Counted from the first letter of the stretch, positions 45,582-57,887 are shown. The stretch: DNA of 64,000 bases from an uncultured cyanobacterium (GCA_963710605.1 CAVQBA010000006.1:64001-128000), one strand, 5' to 3'. Notes: generated by a model from the letters alone, not told the origin. Made by a program: numbers and translations.

Positions 45582-45840
45582 GGCAACTTTTCTTCTTAAT
45601 CTTTCAAATACAACCTTTCTATCTTATCAGCACTTAGTCAGAAGAATTGAGAATTAAGGCAAAAGGATGAAGGAAGAGAAATAATTAAATTGCGACTTTT
45701 TTACTTTCAATTTTTAACTGTTCTCTAATCATCAATCGTTAATCACTATAATAGTTATAGCTCTAATGAGTTTGAATCTTACCTCAATCAACCATCTGTT
45801 TGATTATTAATTACTAATTACTAATTATTAATTAGCCCTC

Positions 45841-48800
45841 ATGCCATTTAATTCCTTAATTCGATCGATTTCTCAATCTCCTTTAACCACCAGTTTAATT
45901 GATAAATTAAATACCGCATCTACTCTACGTTTGCAAGGTGCTTCTCGTTTAGCTAAAGGTATCGTTACTTCTGCGATAACTCAAAAACAAAACAAAAATC
46001 TTCTTATTGTTTGTGCAACTTTAGAAGAAGCCGCTCGTTGGATGGCTCAAATTGAGCTAATGGGTTGGAAAGGGCGTTATTTTTATCCGACCTCCGAAGC
46101 AAGTCCGTATGAGTCTTTCGATCGTGAATCCGAGATGATTTGGGGGCAATTGCAGACTTTATCAAGTTTGGTCAATCGAGATGATGATTCCCAAAATTTA
46201 GTCATCGTAACCACCGAAAAAGCTCTCCAACCTCATTTACCGCCACCATCAGTATTAGCCGAATATTGTCTTAATCTGGTTAAAGGGATGACTTTTGAAA
46301 GTAAGCAAATAGACATTACCTTAGCCAAGATGGGTTATGAAAGAGTCAATTTAGTTGAAACAGAAGGGCAATGGAGTAAACGAGGAGATTTGATTGATAT
46401 TTTTCCTGTCTCTGCTGAGTTACCGATACGTTTGGAGTGGTTTGGGGATGAGTTAGAAAACATCCGTGAATTTGATCCAGCAACTCAACGTAGTTTAGAA
46501 AAGATTGAAGAGTTTCGTCTGACACCGACAAATTACCAGACTATTATCGGGCAGAATATACCCAGCCTAGAAACGATTAAACCATATTTATCCGCTTCTG
46601 AGCAAGAACAATTAAATGAAGAAATTTATCCCGAAGGATTAAGTCGTTTTTTGGGTTTTGCTTTTGACGATCGAGTTGCTTCAATTATTGATTATCTTCC
46701 TAGTAACACTATAGTAGCAATCGATGAATTAAATCAATGTTTAGCTCATGGTCATATTTGGCTTGAACAAGCACAAGAAAAATGGCAGTTAATTAATGAG
46801 TTAAAAGCAGGTGAAAATGTTGAGCCTTTAATTAAAATTCACCGAGATTTTAGTGAAAGTTTAAACTTAATTAAATTCCCGCAAATTTATCTAGATGAAA
46901 TAGCTTATGAAGATGATGAAAATAATCAACCAAGTTTAGATATTTCCACTCGTCCATTACCAGTTTCTCCTCATCAATTTGCTAAAATAGGCGAATTATT
47001 AAGAGGTAAAAAAGAAGTCTCAGAAACAATCAATTTAAGTAAGTATAATAGTTGGTTAATTTCTGCTCAACCTTCTCGCTCTGTTGCTTTATTACAAGAA
47101 CATGATTGCCCTGCTCAATTTATCCCTAATCCGCTTGATTTTGGCATAATTGAAAAAATGCACAGACAACATACAGCGGTTGCTTTAAAGTATTCAGGAC
47201 AAGCAGAATTAGAAGGATTTATTTTACCGACATTTAGAATAGTTGTTGTTACCGATAAAGAATTTTTTGGACAACATAATTTAGCTACCCCAAGTTATAT
47301 CAGAAAACGTCGTCGAGCGGCATCTAAGCAAGTTGATTTAAACAAGTTAAGACCAAAAGATTTTATTGTTCATAAGTATCATGGAATTGGACAATTTTTA
47401 GAATTAGAAACTTATCAAAGCCGAGAATATTTAGTGATTAAATATGCCGATGGAACTTTAAAAGTTCCCGCTGACAGTTTAGACTTAGTCAGCCGTTATC
47501 GACAGACAGGAGAAAAACCCCCTAGTCTTAATAAAATGTCGAGTAAACAATGGCAGGGAGTTAAAAATAAAGTCAAAAAATCGATTAAAAAATTAGCGGT
47601 AGATTTAGTCAAATTATATGCTAAAAGAAGTGAACTAACAGGTTATGCTTATCCTGAAGATTCTCCTTGGCAAAGGGAATTAGAAGATTCATTTCCTTAT
47701 CAAGCAACACCTGATCAATTAAAAGCGGTTAAAGATGTAAAAATAGATTTAGAAAGCGATCGACCAATGGATAGATTAGTCTGTGGCGATGTTGGTTTTG
47801 GTAAAACAGAAGTAGCAATTAGAAGTATTTTTAAAGTAGTTACTACAGGTAATAAACAAGTTGCTTTTTTAGCCCCCACTACTATTTTATCCCAGCAACA
47901 TTATCATACTTTAACCGAAAGATTTGCTCCTTATCCTATTAATATTGGTTTACTTAATCGCTTCCGTACCAAGTCAGAAGTTAAGGAAATAAAACAAAAA
48001 TTAGCAACAGGAGAATTAGATGTTGTCGTCGGTACTCATCTACTTTTAGGGGATACTGTAAAATACAGAGATTTAGGTTTATTAGTAATAGATGAAGAGC
48101 AAAGATTTGGCGTTAATCATAAAGAAAAAATAAAAGAAGCAAAAACTTCAGTGGATGTCTTAACCCTCAGTGCAACCCCAATTCCTCGTACTCTTTATAT
48201 GTCTATTTCTGGGGTGAGAGAAATGAGTTTGATTACCACACCCCCACCAAGTCGTCGCCCGATTAAAACCCATATTTCTCCATTTAAAAAAGCGGCAATT
48301 CGCACTGCTATTCGTAATGAATTAGATCGAGGCGGACAAGTTTTTTACGTGGTTGCTCGGATTGAAAGAATAGACAAAGTATTGGTAATGCTCAAAGAAA
48401 TGATACCGAGTTTGAGAATTGCGATCGCACACGGACAAATGGGTGAAGGGGAATTAGAGTCAACGATGCTTGGTTTTAATAATGGCGATGCGGATTTACT
48501 TATCTGTACGACAATTATTGAGTCGGGTTTGGATATACCGAGGGTGAATACAATTATTATTGAATCAGCTCATCGTTTTGGTTTATCACAATTGTATCAA
48601 CTGCGGGGACGAGTAGGTCGATCGGGTATTCAAGCCCATGCTTGGTTGTTTTATTCTAATAAGCAAGCTTTGTCTGATATTGCTCGTAAAAGACTCAGGG
48701 CGTTACAGGAGTTTTCTCAATTAGGCTCAGGTTATCAGTTAGCAATGCGAGATATGGAAATTAGAGGAGTAGGTAGCCTCTTAGGAGCTCAACAGTCGGG

Positions 48801-49344
48801 GCAAATGGAAGCGATCGGTTTTGAAATGTACACCCAGTTGTTAAAAGAAGCAATTAATGAAATACAAGGGCAAGAGATACCGCAGGTAGAGGATACGCAA
48901 CTAGACTTAAGACTGACTGCGTTTATACCTAATAGTTATATTAATGACTTAGAACAAAAAATGGATGCTTATCGAGATGTGGCTACAGTCACTTCTAACA
49001 AACAAATAAAACAAATTAAAGCTGATTGGCAAGACAGATATGGTGATATTCCTTCTCCTGTGGAACAATTATTACAACTAGCTCAGTTAAAATTGAAAGC
49101 TAAATCGATCGGTTTTTCTCGGATTAAACCAGAAGGTAAAAAGAATATTGTTTTAGAAACACCAATGTTAGAGCCAGCTTGGGAGTTATTAGCCGATAAA
49201 TTACCTAAACATATTAGTAGTCGTTTTATGTATGGCGAGAAGAAAGTGATTGCTAAAGGTTTGGGGATGATGAAACCTTCATTGCAGTTAGAAACGCTTA
49301 ATAATTGGTTTGATTATCTTACCGAAGTAGAAAAAGAAGGGTAG
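45841..49344 (+). CDS. mfd: Transcription-repair coupling factor
   Basis: [24 protein letters not shown] motifs and TRCF domain. Confidence 0.98.
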   Translation: MPFNSLIRSISQSPLTTSLIDKLNTASTLRLQGASRLAKGIVTSAITQKQNKNLLIVCATLEEAARWMAQIELMGWKGRYFYPTSEASPYESFDRESEMIWGQLQTLSSLVNRDDDSQNLVIVTTEKALQPHLPPPSVLAEYCLNLVKGMTFESKQIDITLAKMGYERVNLVETEGQWSKRGDLIDIFPVSAELPIRLEWFGDELENIREFDPATQRSLEKIEEFRLTPTNYQTIIGQNIPSLETIKPYLSASEQEQLNEEIYPEGLSRFLGFAFDDRVASIIDYLPSNTIVAIDELNQCLAHGHIWLEQAQEKWQLINELKAGENVEPLIKIHRDFSESLNLIKFPQIYLDEIAYEDDENNQPSLDISTRPLPVSPHQFAKIGELLRGKKEVSETINLSKYNSWLISAQPSRSVALLQEHDCPAQFIPNPLDFGIIEKMHRQHTAVALKYSGQAELEGFILPTFRIVVVTDKEFFGQHNLATPSYIRKRRRAASKQVDLNKLRPKDFIVHKYHGIGQFLELETYQSREYLVIKYADGTLKVPADSLDLVSRYRQTGEKPPSLNKMSSKQWQGVKNKVKKSIKKLAVDLVKLYAKRSELTGYAYPEDSPWQRELEDSFPYQATPDQLKAVKDVKIDLESDRPMDRLVCGDVGFGKTEVAIRSIFKVVTTGNKQVAFLAPTTILSQQHYHTLTERFAPYPINIGLLNRFRTKSEVKEIKQKLATGELDVVVGTHLLLGDTVKYRDLGLLVIDEEQRFGVNHKEKIKEAKTSVDVLTLSATPIPRTLYMSISGVREMSLITTPPPSRRPIKTHISPFKKAAIRTAIRNELDRGGQVFYVVARIERIDKVLVMLKEMIPSLRIAIAHGQMGEGELESTMLGFNNGDADLLICTTIIESGLDIPRVNTIIIESAHRFGLSQLYQLRGRVGRSGIQAHAWLFYSNKQALSDIARKRLRALQEFSQLGSGYQLAMRDMEIRGVGSLLGAQQSGQMEAIGFEMYTQLLKEAINEIQGQEIPQVEDTQLDLRLTAFIPNSYINDLEQKMDAYRDVATVTSNKQIKQIKADWQDRYGDIPSPVEQLLQLAQLKLKAKSIGFSRIKPEGKKNIVLETPMLEPAWELLADKLPKHISSRFMYGEKKVIAKGLGMMKPSLQLETLNNWFDYLTEVEKEG

Positions 49345-49764
49345 CAATGAACAATAAACAGTTAAGCATTATTCTCTTACCCCACCACATATTGATTTTA
49401 AGAACGACAATAGACCATTTTAGAGGTATTTCAACTATTTTTATTTACCAAAAACTGATACTTTCAAGCGATCGAAATTATCAAAAATATCAGCGATTAG
49501 AAAATAATCATTACCTAAATTCAAGGAAAATCGATAATTAATCCAATATAGTCATTGATCTCGCGTTAATGACAAAATAGAAATCGAAATAGATTGAAGT
49601 TATATTTAAGTATGGTTTTGAGAGTTTAGAAATAGATCCATCGCCTCTGAATATGATTTAATTATTATTGTGTGGTGGGGTAAGCCATTATTCTCAACTC
49701 TCCATTCTCAAACTTACTTATTTTATAATGAACAATATAATCGCTATTACAAATAAGAAAAAGT

Positions 49765-49998
49765 ATGAAAATAGCAACTATAGACATTAATCAAGCCTTG
49801 CCTCAGATACATAAATTATTAGAAAATGCTTCAAATGGAGAAGAAATTATTATTACTAAAAATAACCAACCAATGGTTAAAATAAGTTCGATCGAACTTA
49901 TCAATCAACGTCCATCTTTATTTGGTATTGATAAAAATATTATTGATATTACAGATGATTTTGATGAACCTTTAGAGGATTTTAATGATTATATATAA
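49765..49998 (+). CDS. Phd/YefM-type antitoxin (DUF2281-like tail)
   Basis: GEEIIITKNNQPMVKI and DDFDEPLEDF; TAATG overlap with the PIN gene. Confidence 0.88.
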   Translation: MKIATIDINQALPQIHKLLENASNGEEIIITKNNQPMVKISSIELINQRPSLFGIDKNIIDITDDFDEPLEDFNDYI

Positions 49999-50387
49999 TG
50001 AAGTTACTTTTAGATACTCACAGTTTAATTTGGTTTTTTAGTGGTAATTCCAAACTTAGTGAAACAGCAAGAATGTTAATGGAAGACATTAATCATCAAA
50101 AACTGATTAGCTTAGTTAGTGTTTGGGAAATGGCAATTAAACAAAGTAAAGGTAAATTAAGTTTATCTTTACCAGTGGAAGATTATATTAACCAAAAAGC
50201 TGAATTAGAAGATTATGAAATAATACCTATAAATCTAAACCATTTAGGTCTTGTTTCTACATTACCTTTCTATCACAACGATCCTTTTGATAGGCTGTTA
50301 ATCGCTCAATCAGTAGTAGAAAATATTCCTATCATAACTAAAGATAACGCTTTTTCTGCTTATAATATTCAAATAATTTGGAATTAA
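49998..50387 (+). CDS. vapC: VapC/PIN toxin
   Basis: LLLDTH, SVWEMAIK and HNDPFDRLLIAQ motifs. Confidence 0.92.
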   Translation: MKLLLDTHSLIWFFSGNSKLSETARMLMEDINHQKLISLVSVWEMAIKQSKGKLSLSLPVEDYINQKAELEDYEIIPINLNHLGLVSTLPFYHNDPFDRLLIAQSVVENIPIITKDNAFSAYNIQIIWN

Positions 50388-50496
50388 TACGAGTAATTGT
50401 TGTCTGTAGATTAATTAAAATTAAAAGAAAAATAGATCGTTTTTTATTTAAAAAAACAAGTTTTTAGTAATTAAAAATGGCTGATTATCACTGATT

Positions 50497-51432
50497 TTAT
50501 TTGAGCCAATTCATTAAGTCATCGATCGAATTAAAATCTAAAAGTGCCTCCCCCAAATCTTCTAATTGAGATAGAGGCAAATTTCTGACTTTGTTTTCGT
50601 ATTGCGACGGTAAATCTTTTACTTTTCTTTTGAGAAGACGTATAACTAATTCTATTTCCTGTTGCATACCTTGTTGCATACCTTGTTGCATACCTTGTTG
50701 CATACCTTCAAGGCGACTTTCTGCTAGTTTTTTTTCGTAAATAGGTGATAATTTCATAATTAATTCCTCATCTTCTTGGGTTAGTTTTTGCGAATCTTGT
50801 TTTTTTGCTTCTAACATCGTATAAAGATTTGATATTAATTCTAATACATTCTCTCGATGAGGATGAGCTTCGGGCAATTGTTTTAATTCATCAATCGCAT
50901 TTTCTTGTACTTTTCCTTTGCCTAATATTCTCAGCCACAATGTGTCTTTATTTTTGGGTAACTGATGAATAACTATTATTCCTGTATCTAATGCTGATGG
51001 TAATTGATAAATACCTGCTAAATCTTCTTCTTTTTGTTTAGCCTCAAATGAATTCAAAATATTTTGTGATAATGTTGGGGTTAAAATCCACAATTTCACT
51101 TCCTGATTTTCGCTCTTTTTATCTGAAGTATTTTTTCTTTTTGCTCTCTTGATTTCTCTTTTTACTTCAATCAATTTACCGATACACTCATTAATTTCTT
51201 CTGTAGAAACATGATTGCGATAGACTTCAAATAAGCAAATTGTTTGCAAAAATTTACTTAGCCATCCGACTATATTTTCAACATTAGTAGGTAAAGTTTT
51301 TGTCGGTTCAAAAAAAACATCTATCTCTTTAATCTGACTTCTGATTTTTTTCCCTTCTTGAGGTATTCCGTAATCGGAAATTAATTCAGGAATATATTGT
51401 TTGACAAACTCATCATGAGGAAATTGACTCAT
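50497..51432 (-). CDS. Rpn/YhgA-like PD-(D/E)xK nuclease with DUF4351 C-terminus
   Basis: HDEFVK, EIDVFF and TLWLRILGKGKVQ motifs; (GMQQ)4 repeat; LEDLGEALLDF. Confidence 0.85.
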   Translation of the reverse strand: MSQFPHDEFVKQYIPELISDYGIPQEGKKIRSQIKEIDVFFEPTKTLPTNVENIVGWLSKFLQTICLFEVYRNHVSTEEINECIGKLIEVKREIKRAKRKNTSDKKSENQEVKLWILTPTLSQNILNSFEAKQKEEDLAGIYQLPSALDTGIIVIHQLPKNKDTLWLRILGKGKVQENAIDELKQLPEAHPHRENVLELISNLYTMLEAKKQDSQKLTQEDEELIMKLSPIYEKKLAESRLEGMQQGMQQGMQQGMQQEIELVIRLLKRKVKDLPSQYENKVRNLPLSQLEDLGEALLDFNSIDDLMNWLK

Positions 51433-51694
51433 TTTTTCTTCTTTAAGGGCGATCGTATTACGAACAAAGATATTATACTGGATAATATACGATCGTTTTA
51501 TTCGATAAAATTCACTTTGATAACTAATTTACGAAGAGATAATTTACAGTATCAAAATTAGGTTATTCTTGAGTTTTTTTAAGTTGGTTGTTAGGTTTCT
51601 TTCTTTATTTTGTCTCGTTTATATATCGATCTTTTTTAAACTTCAAATTTTTATGACGAAATTGGTTCTTTTAATAGATGACAACAATACTAGT

Positions 51695-52126
51695 TCATCT
51701 CCCTTCTCCATCTCCATATTGAGGTCCAATAATCAAAGTACCATCAGGCATCCAAGTATGACAAATCAAGTTTCGCAATCCGCAAATGTGTTCGACAGGA
51801 ATCCTAGCTTTATAAAAACTAGCATTAGCCAAAATTGCACACTCGAAGGCATTTAATATAGCTCCATTGAAAGAAGCACAACAAGCATTCATATGAGTTA
51901 AAACACTGCCGCTAAAATCGGCATCATGTAATTTAGCCCAACTTAAGTTGACATGATGCAAATTGGCATCTCTGATAATCGCATTAGACAAATTGGTATT
52001 AGCTAAAAAAGCCCCAGATAAATTAGCCTCAGATAGATTAGCTTCAGACAAATCAGCCCTAGATAGATTAGCCCCAGATAAATTAATATTTTGTAAGTTA
52101 ATACCTCGAAGATCGATTCGTTCACC
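51695..52126 (-). pseudogene. Pentapeptide-repeat protein, 5'-truncated
   Basis: A(N/D)LxxA repeats extend upstream of the called start (GERIDLRGINLQNINLSGANLSRADL) to an in-frame TGA with no ATG. Confidence 0.65.
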
Positions 52127-52264
52127 TCAAACCAACATTGTTATCACCTATAAAATAACAGACTTACCTATCCAAATAGAATAAGTTAGACAATTGTCAG
52201 CTATCAATTATTCGCTATTTTGTGTCATAATCTATAGATACTGTGTATTTAAGAACTAGAGCTT

Positions 52265-53398
52265 GTGGTAACGACCAATATTCATCAATCCCCAACTAAT
52301 TATCAGACTAAGTCTGGCTGGAAAGGCTTAATAGAAGAGTATAAACATTATTTACCCGTTACAGACGCTACACCGATTATCACTCTACGTGAGGGCAACA
52401 CGCCTCTAATTCCTGTACCTTCTATTTCCAAGATGATTGGTCGTAATATTAAAGTCTATGCCAAATATGATGGCTTGAACCCTACAGGCTCGTTTAAAGA
52501 TAGGGGTATGACTATGGCTATTTCTAAAGCCAAAGAAGAAGGAGCGAAAGCTGTTATTTGTGCTAGTACTGGGAATACTTCCGCCGCCGCCGCCGCTTAT
52601 GCAACCAGAGCGGGAATGAAGGCTTTTGTGATGATTCCTGATGGTTATGTAGCTTTAGGCAAACTTGGACAAGCTCTAATTTATGGTGCAGAGATACTAG
52701 CGATCGAAGGTAATTTTGATGATGCACTTACCATAGTTAGACAAATAGCCGAAAGTTATCCCGTTACTTTAGTTAACTCAGTCAATCCTTATCGTTTGGA
52801 AGGACAAAAAACAGCGGCTTTTGAAATTGTTGATACCCTTGGTGATGTACCCGATTGGTTAGCGATTCCTGTTGGTAATGCTGGTAATATTACTGCTTAC
52901 TGGATGGGTTTTTGTCAGTATCATAGCGATAAAAAATGTACTCGACTTCCTCGGATGATGGGATTTCAAGCTTCTGGTGCCGCACCTTTTATTAACGGTC
53001 ATAAAGTTGATAATCCTGAAACGATTGCTACTGCTATTCGGATTGGTAATCCTGCTAACTGGGATAAAGCGATCGCCGTTCAAGAGGCTTCTCAAGGTGA
53101 ATTTAATGCAGTTACTGATCAAGAAATTTTAGAGGCTTATAAAATTTTAGGTAGAGAAGAAGGTATTTTTTGCGAACCTGCAAGTGCGGCATCTGTAGCT
53201 GGTATTTTAAAACACAAAGATAAAATTCCTGAAAATGGTACTGTTGTCTGCGTCTTAACAGGTAATGGTCTAAAAGATCCAGATACTGCTATTAATACGA
53301 ATGCTAATGGTATTAAAGGTGGTATTAAAGCTGATTTACATGAAGTAGCAAAAATTATGGGATTTAGTATTAGTAAGAATTCATTGTATTTTCTTTGA
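52265..53398 (+). CDS. thrC: Threonine synthase
   Basis: [10 protein letters not shown] (PLP Lys), CASTGNTS and LTGNGLKD motifs. Confidence 0.96.
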   Translation: MVTTNIHQSPTNYQTKSGWKGLIEEYKHYLPVTDATPIITLREGNTPLIPVPSISKMIGRNIKVYAKYDGLNPTGSFKDRGMTMAISKAKEEGAKAVICASTGNTSAAAAAYATRAGMKAFVMIPDGYVALGKLGQALIYGAEILAIEGNFDDALTIVRQIAESYPVTLVNSVNPYRLEGQKTAAFEIVDTLGDVPDWLAIPVGNAGNITAYWMGFCQYHSDKKCTRLPRMMGFQASGAAPFINGHKVDNPETIATAIRIGNPANWDKAIAVQEASQGEFNAVTDQEILEAYKILGREEGIFCEPASAASVAGILKHKDKIPENGTVVCVLTGNGLKDPDTAINTNANGIKGGIKADLHEVAKIMGFSISKNSLYFL

Positions 53399-53648
53399 TT
53401 AATTGTCGGGTTTTATTGCATAAACCTTAATCTGCTAATTCTCAATTTTATGGCTAGACATCTGGAAATAATTATCCGTTGTAGTTTAATTTATTACACG
53501 GTATTTTTTGCCTTGTCTTTAGCAAGGTTTTCGTCTTATCTATTAGCCTGTAATCATAATTAATTACTGAGTTTTCTATAATTAAGGTAATGCAGGTTAT
53601 ACTAATAGGAATTAGTTTCTGCTTTGCTGTTTTTAATAATGCCCTAAC

Positions 53649-54242
53649 ATGACTAGAGATTCACGTCTGACACCACCACCACCACAACCACCTTCAGCAT
53701 CATTACCTGCCACAATTCAGAAAGTTTCCCGAAGTTTACAACGTTGGGGATTTTGGAGTTTTTGGTCACAATTAGTCTTAGGAGTTATTTCAACTGTTAC
53801 TTTACTTTTTGCTACTCCTGCTTTATTTGAAGCCCAAGAAAGTCTTCAAGGTGTTCAATTTGGAATTTTTTCAGCTTTTATTAGTATAACTTTATTGATT
53901 ATTGCGATCGTTATCTCTTTTCGTTATAGCAAAATTGGTCGCAAAATTCAAAATAGAGATCCTGTAATGCGTCCGAAAAAGTCGGATACTTTTAAATTAA
54001 TTAGAACAGGGATTATTCTGAATCTAGTCGGGATGTTGTTTTCAGTATTGGGTGCTGAAGCACTAGTTGGTATAGCATTAGCAAAACTATTAACTTTATC
54101 TCCTCAATTGATCGGTTCAAATCCTCAGCAATATGTTAATTCTCTCGATTTATTAATTATTCAAGCTAACACAAACACGATCGCCGCTCATTTTGCTGGT
54201 TTAGTAACTAGCTTGATTTTATATAACAATATCAACAATTAA
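53649..54242 (+). CDS. DUF3611 family membrane protein (Tic21-like)
   Basis: SFWSQLVLGVIS and QANTNTIAAHF motifs; four TM segments. Confidence 0.85.
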   Translation: MTRDSRLTPPPPQPPSASLPATIQKVSRSLQRWGFWSFWSQLVLGVISTVTLLFATPALFEAQESLQGVQFGIFSAFISITLLIIAIVISFRYSKIGRKIQNRDPVMRPKKSDTFKLIRTGIILNLVGMLFSVLGAEALVGIALAKLLTLSPQLIGSNPQQYVNSLDLLIIQANTNTIAAHFAGLVTSLILYNNINN

Positions 54243-54246
54243 AAAA

Positions 54247-54415
54247 TATATTGGTTTCCGCATTAATGAGGTACAGTTTATATTTGCAAGTCCCCTAGAA
54301 ACAAAAGCGAAGCATCCTTAAATTTCCCCCTTACAAAGGGGAGGGGCTGTCACCTGAATTGATTTCAGGTGCTTGTAAGCCCCGTGGGAAGGGGGATGGG
54401 GATTTAGGGGGATTG
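54247..54415. mobile_element. Partial family-A MITE with nested hairpins
   Basis: Left TIR ...ATGAGGTACA; interior is the reverse complement of ~6575-6616; nested GGGGCT..CACCTGAATTGATTTCAGGTG..AGCCCC. Confidence 0.6.
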
Positions 54416-54431
54416 CTATTTATTAATTATC

Positions 54432-55696
54432 TTAGAATATCCGCTGACAATCGCCAAATTGACTTTCGATCGATTCAACAGGTGTCAGTGGTTGTAATTG
54501 CCAATGAGTTTGCAAATTCTGCAATAAAATATCTTGATTTCTTCTCATGGTAGGAAGACCATTACCATAGTTAATAATGGCAAAATAAACTTTTTCTCTC
54601 TCGACGGTAGGAATCACTCCAGATAAAGCACTGACTACCGCTAAAGACCCTGTTTTACCTGCAATACCAATAGGGATATTACGCTCTTCAAATGTACCCC
54701 TAGTATCAACACCAGCTACAGGAAACAAATCACCTAAATTAATATTACTATCAGCTAACATATGTCTAATGCCATAAACATCGAACTCGCCGCACGAGGA
54801 GAAATACGATTATTAACTCCTAAACCCGAACCATTAATTAATAAAACTTCCTCGGTTGGTACATTAGCGACTTTGGCGGCGATCGCACCTACTTTTTCAC
54901 CTCCGCCGATTTGTTGGGCTAAAGATTCGGCAATATAGTTATTACTATAAACATTCATCAAACGGAGGATTTCTTTGAGGGTTAGAGATTGATGAGTCAG
55001 TAATAATCGGTTATTGTTAGGTAATTCAGTTAGAGTTTTAACGTTACCTAATATTGTTACTTGTGGGCGAGGTATAGTTGGTTTAATAGTTTGATATTGT
55101 TTTTCGATCGTACTTGTCCATTGTTTCGAGTTAAGGGCTTGTTTAAACAATTTAGCTGATTGAATAGCACCTGTTTTATAATTCATTTGCCAATTACCAA
55201 TAACAACTAAATCACCTGTTATTTTTTGAATACCCAGTTTTTCAAGGTGATTACCAACTGAAATAGCTTCCTCCCAAACAAATAAAGGATCACCTTCTGC
55301 GAGTATAATTAAATCACCATCAACTACACCTTCGGTAACTTCTGCGGTGGCGTAAAATTTAGTATCAAAGCGATGATTTAACTCCCATGTTTGTAATGAA
55401 GCGATGGTAGTAGCAACTTTAGTCAGTGAAGCCGCAGGAGCGGGTATTTTACCTCGATTATCAGCCAGAGTTGCCCATTCAGATTGGATATAAATACCTT
55501 GCTGACTAGTAGCAAAACCTCGTCTAGCCAGATTGGCTAAATAACGATCGACTATTTGTTCGACTTCAATATCGGTATCGGTATTCACTTGAAAAATAGA
55601 AGCCTCATGCCAAGGTATGGTTTGTATAGGGGTGAAATCATCAGCAGAGGCAGAAGCAGAAAAAAAAGATAAAGCAAGTAAACCAAAAGTAAGCAT
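54432..55696 (-). CDS. dacB: D-alanyl-D-alanine carboxypeptidase (peptidase S13), frameshift at ~54764
   Basis: ASLTK (SxxK), SNN, NGSGL and KTGS motifs across two ORFs. Confidence 0.9.
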
Positions 55697-55817
55697 AGAG
55701 GAGTAAAGATTGACAATGAACAATTATTTATTATCCATTATCAATTATCAAATATCAAATAATTTAACTGACATTACCTACTTTTTTTTTAGTAATTAGA
55801 TACTAAAACTTTTTTTA

Positions 55818-55977
55818 CTCCCCTCTCCTCGCAGGAGCGGTCAGACCCCGCTCAGATGCGGCAAGTCGCAAGCGGTGGAAGCCCGCGTCGGCGACAGACG
55901 CAAGGGAACGTCCACCAAGACGGGAATGCTCACCAAGACGGGAACGCTGACCAAGACAGAGGGGTTGGGGGTGAGGT
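55818..55977. repeat. GC-rich composite: REP-like CCCCTCTCC..GGAGAGGGG element split by a 120-bp insert with 3 x 18-bp repeats
   Basis: GGGAAYG(N3)ACCAAGAC units at 55904, 55922 and 55940. Confidence 0.75.
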
Positions 55978-56035
55978 AAAATCAAGATGAAGCTGGTACT
56001 TTTTTTCATCAAAATGTCCTAAAACCTAACATCAA

Positions 56036-57061
56036 TTATTTAATCTGATTGATTGCTTGGTTTACTCTGCTAATAACATTATCAGGTAACGGAATATAAC
56101 CTAAACTGGCACTGTATTTTTGACCACCAGATTTACTTACAGCCCATCTTAAAACTTTTTTTAAGGCATCAGCAGTTTTAGGGTCACTATAATTTTTGTA
56201 AGCCAAAATCCAAGTATAGGTTACAATTGGGTAAGAACCTGTACCAACTGGATCTTCGATAAAAGCTCTAAGATTAGATGGTAATTTAACTTGAGATAAA
56301 GTAGTAGTAGCACTTTGAAGTGAAGGCTTAACATATTTACCAGCTTTGTTTTGTAAAGCGGCAGTTTTCAAATTGTTTCTAGTCGCATAACCATATTCTA
56401 CATAACCGATCGCACCATCGGTTTGTTTGATAGTTGCGGTAACACCTTCATTACCTTTAGCACCAATACCAGTTTTCCATTGTACAGTTTTAGCTGAACC
56501 GACTTGACTTGTCCATGTGTTACTGATTTTAGAAAGGTGTTTGGTAAATACAGCAGTTGTACCACTACCATCAGAGCGATGAACTATTCTAACTGGTTTG
56601 GATTTGGATGAGCCTAATTGATTCCAATTAGTAATTTTCCCTAAAAATACATCAACTAATTGTTGACGAGAAAGTCTGAGGTTTGCTACATCACTATTAT
56701 TATAAGCAATAACGATCGCTCCTGCGGTTACAGGTAAAAGTACTGTACCTTTAGAAACTCTACTCATATCCTCATCTTTCATGGCTACGTCACTAGCACC
56801 AAAATCAACCGTACCAGCTATAAACTGCTTAACGCCAGAGCCACTACCAATAGATTGATAGTTTACTTGAACGTCTTTATTAATTTTGTTATATTCAACA
56901 AACCAACGTTGGTATAGAGGAGCAGGAAAACTAGCCCCTGCACCATTAATTCTAGTAGCGGCAAGTACAGGCTTATTAATTATTTGACTTGCAATTACAC
57001 CACCAGACAAACCAACTAAACCATATAAAAAATCTCTTCTTTTAAGACGAAAGTCGTTCAT
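56036..57061 (-). CDS. pstS: Phosphate ABC transporter substrate-binding protein (Tat-like signal)
   Basis: GAGASFPAPLY, GSGSG and RSDGSGTT motifs; RRDFL N-terminus. Confidence 0.96.
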   Translation of the reverse strand: MNDFRLKRRDFLYGLVGLSGGVIASQIINKPVLAATRINGAGASFPAPLYQRWFVEYNKINKDVQVNYQSIGSGSGVKQFIAGTVDFGASDVAMKDEDMSRVSKGTVLLPVTAGAIVIAYNNSDVANLRLSRQQLVDVFLGKITNWNQLGSSKSKPVRIVHRSDGSGTTAVFTKHLSKISNTWTSQVGSAKTVQWKTGIGAKGNEGVTATIKQTDGAIGYVEYGYATRNNLKTAALQNKAGKYVKPSLQSATTTLSQVKLPSNLRAFIEDPVGTGSYPIVTYTWILAYKNYSDPKTADALKKVLRWAVSKSGGQKYSASLGYIPLPDNVISRVNQAINQIK

Positions 57062-57217
57062 TTTTCTGTATTAATCTCAAATAAAATATTGGTGGTTTGA
57101 ATCGATAAATATTACTTTACTTATAAATTTATTGATAACTTTATTTAGTTATTTATTAATAACAAACAAAATATTTTTTTCAAACTACGATCATTTTATA
57201 TTTCCCCCGTAATTAAA

Positions 57218-57269
57218 GGGTTAAGCCTTGATTAAAATACAGTTAAACCTAATTTATTTTTAGGTTAAT
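57218..57269 (-). promoter_or_regulatory. Pho box (SphR site) upstream of pstS: five YTTAAYYW-like repeats at 11-bp period
   Basis: Minus strand ATTAACCT-AATAAATT-TTTAACTG-TTTAATCA-CTTAACCC, 3-nt spacers; TAAAAT -10 about 19 bp downstream (57193-57198). Confidence 0.8.
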
Positions 57270-57299
57270 AAGCAATTTTTTGCTTTTCTTAATTAATTA

Positions 57300-57887
57300 T
57301 TAATTATCAATTATTACTTGTCCTTGTCGTAAAATATTCCATTGATTATTTTTCCATTTGATGACAGTAGAAGCGACATTGGAATTATTACTATTTTCAA
57401 TATCTAAAACATAAACAGTAGGAAAGATACGATCGATTTCTAGCATTTTAGTTAATGCTGTTTGTCCAGATAGATTAGCACTAGTAGTAGCTAAAGCACC
57501 TGTTTGTTTTAATATTTGTTGAGCGATCGCATTTTGGGGAACACGAACGCCAATACTATCGGGGTTCAGAGGATTCATTGTTCTAGGTATAATTGGTGAA
57601 GCTGGTAAAACCATCGTTAAAGCACCCGGTAAGTGTTTGTTTGCCATCTGTTGCCATAGTTTCAATTCTTCGGTTGTACCCTCAACGTATTGCCAAATAT
57701 CTTCAATCTCACCCACCATCAAAATTAAGGGTTTCTCATAACTACGTTGCTTCAACTCAAAGATAGATTCGCTTTGGACAGGTTGTACAGCTAAAGCTGG
57801 AAGTGTATCAGTCGGAAAACTAACGACATTACCCTCGATCGCTTTTTTGATTAAAACATCACTAGAAACTAAAGTCATTTTCGACAA
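57300..57887 (-). CDS. tsaC: L-threonylcarbamoyladenylate synthase (Sua5/YrdC)
   Basis: FPTDT, KQRSYEKPL, TSANLSG and LRQG motifs. Confidence 0.92.
   Translation of the reverse strand: MSKMTLVSSDVLIKKAIEGNVVSFPTDTLPALAVQPVQSESIFELKQRSYEKPLILMVGEIEDIWQYVEGTTEELKLWQQMANKHLPGALTMVLPASPIIPRTMNPLNPDSIGVRVPQNAIAQQILKQTGALATTSANLSGQTALTKMLEIDRIFPTVYVLDIENSNNSNVASTVIKWKNNQWNILRQGQVIIDN

Noticed and set aside
49347-49541. 64-aa ORF after mfd
   Set aside because: No motifs and non-coding-like composition; cannot be supported.
55904-55957. 18-bp repeats (and the 33-bp repeats in uvrA) as a mini CRISPR array
   Set aside because: The units are directly tandem with no unique spacers, and no cas genes are present in the window.
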